From positions 1-45,502 of the forward strand of contig CACZRU010000292.1 of NCBI GenBank assembly GCA_902783605.1: a stretch of DNA of 45,502 bases, given 5' to 3'. The translations under genes were made by a program, and so were the position numbers. Positions 1 to 9,921 of this stretch are shown in pieces (positions within the stretch are counted from its first letter, which is position 1; every line of letters starts with the position of its first letter). The DNA comes from an uncultured Lachnospiraceae bacterium (GTDB lineage Bacteria > Bacillota > Clostridia > Lachnospirales > Lachnospiraceae). Below the pieces are notes generated by a model, which searched no databases, was not told where the DNA came from, and was given only the letters and a program-made list of their open reading frames with translations.

Positions 1-115
1 AATTGGCGTAGAATGGCCAATGCCAGAGGGGATGACTGAAGCAGACCTGACACTTTCTGATAAAGATCAGAAGTGGAGCGGAATTGCTGCATATAAGGCT
101 GAGAGAGGGCTGTAG
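1..115 (+). CDS. rmlC: C-terminal fragment of dTDP-4-dehydrorhamnose 3,5-epimerase (5' truncated by window)
   Basis: Frame starting at base 2 reads IGVEWPMPEGMTEADLTLSDKDQKWSGIAAYKAERGL* (TAG 113-115). IGxxWP...LSxKD is the typical RmlC C-terminus, and it fits the rhamnan context. Confidence 0.8.
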   Translation, partial: IGVEWPMPEGMTEADLTLSDKDQKWSGIAAYKAERGL

Positions 116-124
116 GTTAGATAA

Positions 125-155
125 GGAGCCTTCGGGCTTAAGTCCTCAGATTAAC
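125..155 (-). repeat. Degenerate inverted copy of the GTCATTCTGAG..CGAAGAATCT REP-like element
   Basis: Reverse complement GTTAATCTGAGGACTTAAGCCCGAAGGCTCC resembles the copies at 1713 and 43015. It is intergenic, just after a stop codon. Confidence 0.4.
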
Positions 156-190
156 AAGAATAAAAAATAATCGTATATAGAAAAGATAAA

Positions 191-1690
191 TTGTATATGA
201 ACAAGAAAAAACTGCTACGAATACTCTTCGTAGTAATGATAATCATTCTTAACTTAATAATATTCTGGAAAATAGACTTCTCCGATATTGACACCAAGGG
301 CGTTACATTTGTAGTAAGGATGGCGGCAAATAAAGATGATACCTATCAGATTTACTACTCTAAGTCTGGAGGTGATTTTGAGGAAGTTAACAGTGCCTCT
401 GAGGATTATGTCGGATTTGGTGATGGAACGAAGGTTACGACCATTGAAGGAGTAAAGATTACTGACGGCGCAGATAACATAATAGAAGAGGCTGTAGTTG
501 TTGGAGAAGAGCAGGAGATTCGTTTCGACTTCCCGATGGAATTTGATAATCTAAGATTTGATTTTGGACAGTTTGCTGGTAACACAGTTATCTATGATAT
601 GTATTTTGAAATGTCAGGAGTGAAGTATCAGATACCATTTACACAGCTTCAGATGGAAGAAAATGCGCCAAGTATTATATCCAGAACTATAGCATCTAGA
701 GATAGTGATCAGTGCTTGATAGTAAATGCAGAAGCTGGCGACCCGAACATGCTGATTCAGTTCCATAAAGATGAACTGCTGAATCAGTATAAGGAAGCAA
801 ATGCACAGAAGAAAATGATACTTGATATTGCACTCTGTGTTGTAATGGACTTTATAGCAATCTATGTGCTTCTTCATTTCTTTTCTCTGATAGAAATCCC
901 TGTAGAGATTTATCAGAACAGAAAGCTGGCACTGACACTTGCAAAGAATGACTTCAAAACAAAGTATGCAGGCTCATATCTTGGAATGCTCTGGGCATTC
1001 ATTCAGCCAATTGTGACTATATTGGTTTACTGGTTTGTGTTCACAGTGGGACTTAAAGCTGGAAAGGTAGGAGAATATCCATTTGTACTATTTATAGTAG
1101 TGGGAATTATTCCGTGGTTTTTCTTCTCAGATTCACTGAACGGTGGAACTAATGCAATGACAGACTATAATTACTTGGTTAAGAAGGTTGTTTTTAATAT
1201 AGACATTCTTCCGTTTGTGAAGGTGCTGTCAGCATTTTTCGTTCACTGTTTCTTTATAGCATTTGCGCTGATACTTTGTACTTGTATGGGATACCATCCT
1301 ACGATATACACACTGCAGCTTATATATTATATATTCTGTAATTTTGTTTTTGTGCTGGGGCTTTCATATCTCACATCAGCAATAGTTGTATTCTTCCGTG
1401 ATCTGGGACAATTTATCAACATATTTATTCTCCAGGTTGGAGTATGGCTTACACCAATCATGTGGAATGCAAATACCATGCTGAGTCCACTGGTACTGAA
1501 AATATTCAAGCTGAATCCAATGTATTATATAGTAAGTGGATTTAGGGACAGCGTTCTGGATAAGAATTGGTTCTGGATGGGAGACAGACTCCTGTGGACC
1601 ATATATTTCTGGATTATCACAATCCTTGTTTTTGGACTTGGAGTGAAGATATTTAGAAGGCTGAAGGTGCATTTTGCAGATGTTCTATAG
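191..1690 (+). CDS. wzm: ABC-2 polysaccharide export permease (Wzm/RgpC-like) with ~235-aa N-terminal extension
   Basis: C-terminal half has LAKNDFKTKYAGSYLGMLWAFIQP, WLTPIMW, LNPMYYIVSGFRD and FRRLKVHFADVL. It lies next to wzt. The real start may be ATG 197. Confidence 0.92.
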   Translation: MYMNKKKLLRILFVVMIIILNLIIFWKIDFSDIDTKGVTFVVRMAANKDDTYQIYYSKSGGDFEEVNSASEDYVGFGDGTKVTTIEGVKITDGADNIIEEAVVVGEEQEIRFDFPMEFDNLRFDFGQFAGNTVIYDMYFEMSGVKYQIPFTQLQMEENAPSIISRTIASRDSDQCLIVNAEAGDPNMLIQFHKDELLNQYKEANAQKKMILDIALCVVMDFIAIYVLLHFFSLIEIPVEIYQNRKLALTLAKNDFKTKYAGSYLGMLWAFIQPIVTILVYWFVFTVGLKAGKVGEYPFVLFIVVGIIPWFFFSDSLNGGTNAMTDYNYLVKKVVFNIDILPFVKVLSAFFVHCFFIAFALILCTCMGYHPTIYTLQLIYYIFCNFVFVLGLSYLTSAIVVFFRDLGQFINIFILQVGVWLTPIMWNANTMLSPLVLKIFKLNPMYYIVSGFRDSVLDKNWFWMGDRLLWTIYFWIITILVFGLGVKIFRRLKVHFADVL

Positions 1691-1712
1691 AACTATAATA
1701 ATATTGAAAAAA

Positions 1713-1739
1713 GTCATTCTGAGCTTTAGCGAAGAATCT
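1713..1739 (+). repeat. REP-like intergenic element GTCATTCTGAGCTTTAGCGAAGAATCT
   Basis: Near-identical copy at 43015-43040. Confidence 0.7.
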
Positions 1740-1751
1740 TAGGAAATAATT

Positions 1752-3104
1752 ATGTCAGACGATATTGCGATAAGAATAAATGATGTCTCAAAACTTTATA
1801 AACTATATGACAAGCCTACCGACCGTTTAAAGGAATCGCTGGGGCTCACCAAGGCTAAGAAGTATAAGGAGCATTATGCCCTGAGAAATGTCAGCTTCGA
1901 TGTTAAAAGAGGTGAGTGCGTCGGGATTATCGGAACAAATGGTGCTGGTAAGTCTACAATCCTGAAAATCATTACAGGCGTGCTGAACCCTACAGCTGGA
2001 GAGGTAAAAATAGACGGCCGAATCTCTGCTCTTCTTGAGCTGGGTGCAGGATTCAACATGGAGTACACAGGAATTGATAATGTGTATCTTAATGGAACCA
2101 TGATTGGCTTCAGTCGGGAGGAAATAGATGCAAAGCTCCAGGACATATTGGATTTTGCAGATATTGGAGATTTCGTAAATCAGCCTGTAAAGACTTATTC
2201 TTCAGGAATGTTTGTAAGATTGGCATTTGCTGTGGCAATAAACATAGAGCCAGAAATTCTTATAGTTGATGAGGCTCTGTCAGTTGGTGATGTGTTCTTC
2301 CAGCTTAAATGTTTTAAGAAATTTGAAGAATTCAAAAACCAGGGAAAGACAATACTTTTTGTAAGTCATGATCTTTCCAGTATAGAGAAGTATTGTGACA
2401 AAGCAATACTTCTGGATCATGGTAGAAATGTTGGAGAGGGAATTCCAATTGATATCATAAATAAATATAAGAAAATCATGACTGGAATGACTGTCGAAGA
2501 AGTTGAGGAGCAGGAAAAGAGAAAAGCTGAGCTTAGAGATTTAGTGGCTGAAGACTCAGAAAAATCTGAAAATAAAGAGGAATTAGTAGAGGTTAAAACG
2601 AGTACTTTTTCACTTACACCAGAGGTTCCTTGGAAGGAAAGCTTTGATCTAAATCCAAATCTTGATGAATATGGAGATATGGGGGCCAAGATTATTGATA
2701 TCGGCGTGTTTGATGAAGATGAAAATCTTACAACTACAATAATCAAGGGTGGCAGATTTACACTAAGGTCAAAGATAGAATTTAAAACAGATATAGAAGA
2801 TCCTATATTTACATACACCTTCAAAACTCTTAAGGGGCAGGATATTACAGGTACCAATACCATGTATGAAAAAGCAGGAGTAGGAACTGCTCATGCAGGG
2901 GATATATTTGTGGCAAGTTTTACACAGGAGATGAACCTGCAGGGGGGAGAATATTTGCTCTCCATGAGCTGTACAAGTTTTGTAAATGGTGATCTTGTAG
3001 CTCATGACAGACTTTATGATGTACTAAATATCACGGTTGTGTCAGATAAGAATACTGTAGGATTCTATGATATGAATTCTAAGGTTAAGATTGATAAATT
3101 ATAG
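1752..3104 (+). CDS. wzt: ABC polysaccharide export ATPase with C-terminal Wzt_C-type domain
   Basis: Walker A GTNGAGKST, signature YSSGM, Walker B ILIVDE and H-loop VSHD. A beta-rich C-terminal extension begins at YGDMGAKI. Confidence 0.95.
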   Translation: MSDDIAIRINDVSKLYKLYDKPTDRLKESLGLTKAKKYKEHYALRNVSFDVKRGECVGIIGTNGAGKSTILKIITGVLNPTAGEVKIDGRISALLELGAGFNMEYTGIDNVYLNGTMIGFSREEIDAKLQDILDFADIGDFVNQPVKTYSSGMFVRLAFAVAINIEPEILIVDEALSVGDVFFQLKCFKKFEEFKNQGKTILFVSHDLSSIEKYCDKAILLDHGRNVGEGIPIDIINKYKKIMTGMTVEEVEEQEKRKAELRDLVAEDSEKSENKEELVEVKTSTFSLTPEVPWKESFDLNPNLDEYGDMGAKIIDIGVFDEDENLTTTIIKGGRFTLRSKIEFKTDIEDPIFTYTFKTLKGQDITGTNTMYEKAGVGTAHAGDIFVASFTQEMNLQGGEYLLSMSCTSFVNGDLVAHDRLYDVLNITVVSDKNTVGFYDMNSKVKIDKL

Positions 3105-3133
3105 AAATCATTATTAAGAAATAAAGGAATATT

Positions 3134-3880
3134 ATGGATATCTACGACGAGTTGCTAAATATAGTAAAAACTGAATCGGATTTAGAAGAGTTTCTTACCC
3201 ACGAGAATAAATGGGAATATCTCTATAATTTTTCAAATTTCAGGAAGAATATTCTCGAATGGTATGATTTTAAATCTGATGCAAAGCTTTTGGAATTTGG
3301 AGCGGAATGTGGGGCACTTACAGGACTTTTCTGCGAAAGAGTGAAAGAAGTTGTTTCTGTTGAAGATGATGAAAAGAAACGACTAGTTAATAAAGCAAGA
3401 AATGAAAAATATAGTAATTTAAAGATTATATCTGGCGAAGAATTGTCGGAAACAGAGGAGTTATTTGATTATATTACTATTATTGGCAATTTTTCCATAG
3501 ATAAACTTAAAAAGGCTAAGTCGCTGATCAAACAAAATGGTTACCTTATTATTGCAATAGAAAATAAATATGGAATGAAATATTGGTCGGGAGAAGAAAG
3601 ACCAGATACTTATTCTAGAATACAGTTAATCGGAATAATGAGACGTGAGGGTTTTGAAGAAAAGGAGATATTTTATCCAATCCCAGATTATATTTTACCA
3701 ACAGAGATTTATTCCTCAAAGTATCTTCCAAAGATTGGAAGCATATCTGCAAACTCACCTTCGTACATTAGCGAAAAAATCACTACCTTTGATGAACCTA
3801 AAATGTTTGATATGGTAATAAAAGATAAAAAATTCGAAGAATATGCAAATTCCTTCTTATTTATTGCAAAGGTGAAATAA
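3134..3880 (+). CDS. Class I SAM-dependent methyltransferase
   Basis: Motif I-like LLEFGAECGALT, then FDYITIIG and LIKQNGYLIIAIENKYG. Confidence 0.8.
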   Translation: MDIYDELLNIVKTESDLEEFLTHENKWEYLYNFSNFRKNILEWYDFKSDAKLLEFGAECGALTGLFCERVKEVVSVEDDEKKRLVNKARNEKYSNLKIISGEELSETEELFDYITIIGNFSIDKLKKAKSLIKQNGYLIIAIENKYGMKYWSGEERPDTYSRIQLIGIMRREGFEEKEIFYPIPDYILPTEIYSSKYLPKIGSISANSPSYISEKITTFDEPKMFDMVIKDKKFEEYANSFLFIAKVK

Positions 3881-3926
3881 AGAAAAAGTGTATTCATTAT
3901 ATTTTGAAAATTATTGGAGCATATAA

Positions 3927-6900
3927 ATGTCAGAGTTGTTATATATAAAATATAATTCTCATAGAAAACCGGAATATCAAGTGTCTACAAGGATAGTATC
4001 GAAAAACGGTATTAAGAGCGTAATAAAAAGTCCTTCGACTGATGAGGCAGAGAAACAGATTGATGCAATAAAAAAGAATTATAAACTTCTTAAAAATTAT
4101 TACAAGTTTATCAAAGTAATACCATTTAGAAAGGCAGGAAGAGGTGTTTCTTTTGAGTTTGTTGAAGGAACTCCTGTGCTCGAAGGTATTAATTTCGAGA
4201 GAGATAGCTTAGATAGAATATATGAGAAGATTCTTGCTGCCATGGATGAAGTATTGGATGTAAAAGACGAATACTTATGCGACTTTGAGGAAACAGAAGA
4301 ATTCAAAACCCTTTTCCCTAATATGCATCCTACGGGAAAAGCATTTAAAATATGTAATTTGGATAGTATTTTTGCTAATTTTATTAGAACAAGAGATGGA
4401 ATTGTATGTATCGATTATGAATGGGTTCTGGATTTTCCTGTACCCGTTAATTTTATTCGCTTTAGAATGATACAAAATATTTACAATGAGCATATCGAAT
4501 ATTTATTGAATAAAATCGATATGAAAGCTTTTCTTGGATGCCTTGAATTATCTGATGAAGAATTAGACTTATATGAAAATATGGAAAAAGCATTTCAGGA
4601 TTCTGTACATGGCCCAAAATTAAAGTATAGCTATCTGGAAAACTATAAAAAGAATATGAGGCGCTTAGCGACTTATATTGAAGAATTTAATGAGAAAAAT
4701 GAACATGTAAAGAATCTTGAAGCGATTCTTAAGAATAAAGAAGAGTTAATAAATAATAAAGACGAAGTAATTAAATCCCGAGAAGAAATAATTCAAAATA
4801 AGGATGCTGTTATTGAGTCAAAAGAAAATCAGATTAAAGAGAGAGAAATTAATATTCAGAATTTAAATGATCAGATTTCTGCAAAAGAAACGCATATAAA
4901 TAATCTTACAAATATAATTGAAAAAAATCAAAAAGAGATTGAGGATATTAAAGAGGCAAAAGAACAACAAGCAAGAGATTATGATAGCCTATTACAATAT
5001 GAAATAAAGAGAAGAGATAATGATATTATCTATAGAGATGGCCTTCTGCAGATAAAAGATGCTCAGATAGATCATTTGACAAGAATGACAAGAAATCCTT
5101 TATATTGGGGCTATTGTTTAGGGCGAAAGGTATGTAAAAAAGCATATCGTATTATAGAGCCTAAAGGTTTAAAGGCGAAAAAAGAAGAAATAGCCAGGAT
5201 TGGAAAATATAAGTATAAATATAAAGATTTAATGGAACTCGACAACACAGATTATGCTGACTGGATAGAAAGAGTAGAGAAGAATTATCCAAAAGAAAAG
5301 CGCTTAAAGTATCATCCAAAGATATCTGTATTGGTTCCTGTTTATAATGTATTAGACAAGCATTTGGTTCCTTGTATTGAGTCAGTTATTAACCAGACTT
5401 ATGATAACTGGGAACTATGTCTCGCAGATGATAAATCAACCTGGGATAATGTTAGGGAGACTTTGGAAAAATATGAAGATCATCCTAAGATTAAGATTGT
5501 GTACAGAAAAGAAAATGGACATATTTCAGAAGCAACAAATTCTGCTCTTTCAGTTGCATCAGGCGATTTTGTTGGCCTTTTGGATTGTGATGATTTGCTG
5601 ACACCAAATGCTCTTTATGAAGTAGCACTTAAACTAAATGAGAATAGAGATCTGGATTTCATTTATAGTGATGAAGATAAAGTAGATGATGATGGAAATA
5701 ATCGTCATATGCCTCATTTTAAACCAGATTGGTCTCCGGATACTCTTATGTCAAATATGTATACTTGTCATTTTACTGTATACAGAAAGAGTCTTGTGGA
5801 AAAGGTTGGTGGACTTAGAACAGAATGTAATGGTTCCCAGGATTATGACCTGGCTCTTCGAATTATGGATGAGACGACTCCGGATAAGATCTCTCACATA
5901 GCTAAAATTCTTTACCATTGGAGAGAGAGAGAAGAATCAACTTCTGGAAATGCCACAGTTAAGCCTTATGTTTTTGAGGCGGCAAAAAAGGCAAAAATGG
6001 ATTCTCTTGAAAGAAGAGGACTTAAGGGTGAAGCAGTATTTGTTGATACCATGTACCAGTACAACATTGTATATACAGTTAAGGATAATCCTAAAGTTAG
6101 TATAGTTATTCCTTCAAAGGATAATTATGAAGTGCTTAGCAGATGTATAGAAACACTTCATAAGTATACAGAGTATAAAAACTTTGAAGTTATCCTTGTT
6201 GATAATGGAAGTAATAACGAAAATAAAAAGAAATATGATGATCTGTGCAAAAAACATGGTATGAAATATTTTTATGAGAAGATGGACTTTAACTTCTCTA
6301 AAATGTGTAATATAGGTGCCAAACATGCATCGGGAGAATATATTCTTCTTCTTAATGATGATATCGAAATACTAGCAGAGTCTGGAAACTGGATTAGCGT
6401 TATGCTTGGTCAGGCACAGATTTCTTATACAGGTGCTGTTGGGGCGAAACTCCTTTATCCTCAGGATAGGAAGATACAGCATGTTGGTGTGATTAACATT
6501 GAAAATGGTCCAGTTCATGCTTTTACTGGGATGTCAGATGATGTCATATATTATTTTGGAAGAAATAGGCTGAATTATAATGTTTTAGCGGTAACTGCTG
6601 CCTGCCTTCTGATCAATAAAGATAAATATTGGAAAGTTGGTGGCTTGGATGAGAGTTTTGCAGTTGCGTACAATGATGTGGATTTCTGTATGAAACTTTC
6701 AGAAGCAGGTTATTTTAATGTCGTAAGAAATGATATTACATTAATTCATCATGAATCTGTAAGCCGTGGAAATGATCTGGTTGATATTAATAAAACCAGA
6801 AGGCTAATGGATGAGGAAAATAGGTTGTATGATATTCATAGCATATATGCACATAATGATCCATTTTATAATTCTAACCTAACACAGTTAAGGCAGGATT

Positions 6901-7298
6901 TTTCTTATAATACAGAGGATTATAAAATGTTACTGACTAAGGTGAAAAAATATAATAAAGTTATTATTCCTGTTGAGGAGGAACACTTATTATATAGTAT
7001 AGATGCAATAAATATAGAACGTTATATTTACATTGAAGGATGGGCATTCTTTAAGAATAAAGATGATAATAATGACAATAAAATTAGAATAATTCTGAAA
7101 GGTGATAATTCATATATTATTGATACTTATAAAGTTTATAGAAAAGATGTGGCGGAATTTAATAACACAGAGAATAATATAGAATTTACAGGATTTAGGT
7201 GTAGATTTGATAGAAGAGAAATAATTGATGGAGAATATGATGTGTGTTTAATAGTTAATGGTATACATGTTGATGCTGAAAAAAAGCTAATAAAATAA
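3927..7298 (+). CDS. Multidomain glycan polymerase: kinase-like domain, coiled coil, two GT2 domains, C-terminal beta domain
   Basis: N-terminus has VIKSP, FEFVEG, NLDSIFANF and IDYEW, followed by a heptad region at aa ~245-385. GT2 #1 has ISVLVPVYN/LADD/LLDCDD/QDYD. GT2 #2 has VSIVIPSKD/VDNGS/LLNDD/NDVDFC/HHESVSRG. Confidence 0.85.
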   Translation: MSELLYIKYNSHRKPEYQVSTRIVSKNGIKSVIKSPSTDEAEKQIDAIKKNYKLLKNYYKFIKVIPFRKAGRGVSFEFVEGTPVLEGINFERDSLDRIYEKILAAMDEVLDVKDEYLCDFEETEEFKTLFPNMHPTGKAFKICNLDSIFANFIRTRDGIVCIDYEWVLDFPVPVNFIRFRMIQNIYNEHIEYLLNKIDMKAFLGCLELSDEELDLYENMEKAFQDSVHGPKLKYSYLENYKKNMRRLATYIEEFNEKNEHVKNLEAILKNKEELINNKDEVIKSREEIIQNKDAVIESKENQIKEREINIQNLNDQISAKETHINNLTNIIEKNQKEIEDIKEAKEQQARDYDSLLQYEIKRRDNDIIYRDGLLQIKDAQIDHLTRMTRNPLYWGYCLGRKVCKKAYRIIEPKGLKAKKEEIARIGKYKYKYKDLMELDNTDYADWIERVEKNYPKEKRLKYHPKISVLVPVYNVLDKHLVPCIESVINQTYDNWELCLADDKSTWDNVRETLEKYEDHPKIKIVYRKENGHISEATNSALSVASGDFVGLLDCDDLLTPNALYEVALKLNENRDLDFIYSDEDKVDDDGNNRHMPHFKPDWSPDTLMSNMYTCHFTVYRKSLVEKVGGLRTECNGSQDYDLALRIMDETTPDKISHIAKILYHWREREESTSGNATVKPYVFEAAKKAKMDSLERRGLKGEAVFVDTMYQYNIVYTVKDNPKVSIVIPSKDNYEVLSRCIETLHKYTEYKNFEVILVDNGSNNENKKKYDDLCKKHGMKYFYEKMDFNFSKMCNIGAKHASGEYILLLNDDIEILAESGNWISVMLGQAQISYTGAVGAKLLYPQDRKIQHVGVINIENGPVHAFTGMSDDVIYYFGRNRLNYNVLAVTAACLLINKDKYWKVGGLDESFAVAYNDVDFCMKLSEAGYFNVVRNDITLIHHESVSRGNDLVDINKTRRLMDEENRLYDIHSIYAHNDPFYNSNLTQLRQDFSYNTEDYKMLLTKVKKYNKVIIPVEEEHLLYSIDAINIERYIYIEGWAFFKNKDDNNDNKIRIILKGDNSYIIDTYKVYRKDVAEFNNTENNIEFTGFRCRFDRREIIDGEYDVCLIVNGIHVDAEKKLIK
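4725..4935 (+). repeat. Degenerate 21-bp (heptad) repeats encoding a coiled coil
   Basis: ILKNKEE LINNKDE VIKSREE IIQNKDA VIESKEN QIKEREI NIQNLND QISAKET HINNLTN IIEKNQK. Confidence 0.75.
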
Positions 7299-7324
7299 TT
7301 TAGATAATTATTATCGAGGATTTT

Positions 7325-8734
7325 ATGGAGTTAGAAAATATTAAATTATTAATTGAAAAGATAAAAAAAATAATAACTAATAACATATTTTTGGTAATAT
7401 TTATTATCTTTTCTATAATTGAAGGAATGTTTTTTTCGTATGCTGTACCATTTGGTCAAGTTCCAGATGAAATGACACATTATAGGTTTATTGAAAATGA
7501 ATTTGGGACTGATGGTTTTTATAGTGAAATTGAAAGTGTTCTATGGATTGATGCTGGATATGACCAATTGCCGGGGAATAGTGAAGAGAAAGTTCCGAAT
7601 GATAACGACAATATAAATAACATTCGCTTTCATAATAAATTAAAAATAAGTGACTTTAACTTAAAGATAACCTGTTTAAGACACGTACCTGCAGCTTTAG
7701 GGTTTTATTTAGGAGTTATATTGAATTTGCCAATTATGACATGCACTCGGATGGCAGAATTATTTTCGTTGGTGTTTTTTATTGTTATTGGAGGGCTAGC
7801 CATAAAAATTACCCCAATAAAGAAAGATATTTTTGTATTTTGTTTGTTGCTTCCTATGTGTTTACAACAGTGTGCATCAGTTAATTATGATGCGGTATTG
7901 ATTCCGTGCTCTTTTTTATTAACGGCTTATGTATTTAATTTATTTTACAATAATAAAGAGGTGTTTTGGAAAGATATAATAATTATAGCTGTATTATCAT
8001 TTGTTTTGTTCATCGTAAAACTGCCATATGCACTTATATGTTTAATTATTTGTATAATTCCATTGACTAATTATAAACTATATATAGGAAAAAAATTTGA
8101 TTTTTCGATAATAGTTAAAAAATTTTGGCCGTTAATATGTATTGTCATTATGCTATTAGGAGTATTATATGTTTATACACATAGAAGTAATCCAGAAATA
8201 AAAACTATGGTTTCAGATTTTTTAAATATTCCTGTATTTCTAAAACTATTACGAAATACATATGAATCATTTGCATACTATCATTTAAAACAGCTTGTGG
8301 GGATTTTTGGTTGGTTAGATTCAGAAGTTGGAAGTCTTTACGTGATTATAGTTTTTTGTATGTTGACGTTTATGAATATTGAAAAATATGAAGAAGTAGA
8401 AAAAGAATTAAAAGTGCATCAACGTTTATTTCTTTTGTTAATAGCTGGAATAATAGTATTATTGATTGAAATGGCGATGCAATCTTATACATATGAATAT
8501 TGGCAAATGGATAGAAATGTATCATTAGAGACATATTGCGATTATTTATCATCAATAACAATAATTTTAGGAGTGCAGGGGCGATATTGGATTCCTATTT
8601 TGCCAATGATATTATTATCAGTATCAGGAATAAACGAAAGGAAAAATAAAATAGTCTATATTTCTATTCAGATAATCTATTATATTCTTTCTTTTATATA
8701 TGTTGCAGGTATTCTTTTAAATAGATATTGGTAG
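7325..8734 (+). CDS. DUF2142-family polytopic membrane protein (GT-C-like; GacL/WpsJ-like side-chain ligase)
   Basis: PFGQVPDEMTH (PDExxH) in the first loop, LLPM..Q..S..YD, KLPY, GIFGWLD, GVQGRYWIP, and many hydrophobic segments. Confidence 0.82.
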   Translation: MELENIKLLIEKIKKIITNNIFLVIFIIFSIIEGMFFSYAVPFGQVPDEMTHYRFIENEFGTDGFYSEIESVLWIDAGYDQLPGNSEEKVPNDNDNINNIRFHNKLKISDFNLKITCLRHVPAALGFYLGVILNLPIMTCTRMAELFSLVFFIVIGGLAIKITPIKKDIFVFCLLLPMCLQQCASVNYDAVLIPCSFLLTAYVFNLFYNNKEVFWKDIIIIAVLSFVLFIVKLPYALICLIICIIPLTNYKLYIGKKFDFSIIVKKFWPLICIVIMLLGVLYVYTHRSNPEIKTMVSDFLNIPVFLKLLRNTYESFAYYHLKQLVGIFGWLDSEVGSLYVIIVFCMLTFMNIEKYEEVEKELKVHQRLFLLLIAGIIVLLIEMAMQSYTYEYWQMDRNVSLETYCDYLSSITIILGVQGRYWIPILPMILLSVSGINERKNKIVYISIQIIYYILSFIYVAGILLNRYW

Positions 8735-8828
8735 GGTAGCTTTTTTATAGTATACTGATTATCGATTATGGAAAATTGAAAAGTTAGCATAATTTTTATG
8801 TGATATTGATGAGCATGGAGGGGATAGA

Positions 8829-9521
8829 GTGTGTAAGGCTTTGATTATAATTCCTGCGTATAATGAAGCGGGGAACATAGAGAGCACGGTTGAAGATATA
8901 AAAAGTGTTAGGAACATATTTGATTATATAATAGTAAATGATTGTTCAAAGGATGAAACTTTGGAAATATGCAGGAAAAATCATTTTAATTATTTAAATC
9001 TTCCAATTAATCTCGGGATTGGTGGAGCTGTTCAAACTGGATACAGATATGCATACTATCATGGCTATGATGTAGCTGTCCAATTCGATGGAGATGGACA
9101 GCATGATGCAAAATACCTATCAAAACTACTAGATATGATTACTTGTGGTGAAGCGGATATGATTATAGGGTCACGTTTCATAGAAAATGAGGGATTTCAA
9201 TCATCAGGAATAAGAAGGATTGGGATTAAATATTTTACCTTGTTAATAAAACTATTGACGGGGAAAAAAATAACTGATCCTACTTCTGGGATGAGAATAG
9301 TAAATAAGAAACTTCTTAAGGAATTTGCGGAGTCATATCCGAAAGATTATCCTGAACCAGAAAGCGCAGTAACGGTTTTGAAGAGGGGCTATAAAATTAA
9401 GGAGGTTCCAGTCAAAATGAGGGAGCGCATGGAGGGAGAGTCTTCTATATCAGTAAAGAGTAGTATATATTATATGGTTAAAGTTTCTTTGGCTATAATA
9501 ATAGCTAGCATCATGAAATAG
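8829..9521 (+). CDS. GT2 polyprenol-phosphate glycosyltransferase (DPM1/GacI/WpsA-like)
   Basis: IIIPAYNE, VNDCSKD, NLGIGGAVQTG, QFDGDGQHD, DPTSGMR, YPEPES. It is followed by a DUF2304-type gene. GTG start after GGAGGGG. Confidence 0.9.
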   Translation: MCKALIIIPAYNEAGNIESTVEDIKSVRNIFDYIIVNDCSKDETLEICRKNHFNYLNLPINLGIGGAVQTGYRYAYYHGYDVAVQFDGDGQHDAKYLSKLLDMITCGEADMIIGSRFIENEGFQSSGIRRIGIKYFTLLIKLLTGKKITDPTSGMRIVNKKLLKEFAESYPKDYPEPESAVTVLKRGYKIKEVPVKMRERMEGESSISVKSSIYYMVKVSLAIIIASIMK

Positions 9522-9533
9522 AGAGGAACATAT

Positions 9534-9896
9534 ATGTCATTAAGATTACAGATAATAATCATAATAAGCATGATATTTGTATTAATATATATTGTAAGGC
9601 ATGTCGCTATGAAAAAATTGGATTTTCGTTTTGGAATAGGCTGGAGCGTTATTGTTATTGTGATAATGGCTTTTGCCATATGGCCTCAATTATTAGCTGC
9701 CGTATCACATTTTTTAGGGATATATGATCCAGTTAATATGCTTGCATTTGTGGGGCTGATATTGTCAATATTTGCTATTTTTTCACTTATGATGGAAGTT
9801 AGTAGACAAAATGAGCAGATTAAACGATTATCGCAGGAACTTGCAATTCTCAGAAAGGATGAATTTGATAAAAATATTGAAAAGAATAATGAGTAA
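9534..9896 (+). CDS. DUF2304-family small membrane protein (GacJ/WpsB-like activator)
   Basis: 120 aa with three hydrophobic segments, LGIYDPVN and a C-terminal IKRLSQELAI helix, directly after the GacI-like gene. Confidence 0.85.
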   Translation: MSLRLQIIIIISMIFVLIYIVRHVAMKKLDFRFGIGWSVIVIVIMAFAIWPQLLAAVSHFLGIYDPVNMLAFVGLILSIFAIFSLMMEVSRQNEQIKRLSQELAILRKDEFDKNIEKNNE

Positions 9897-9921
9897 AGGG
9901 GTAATAAAAGAGAATAAACAT

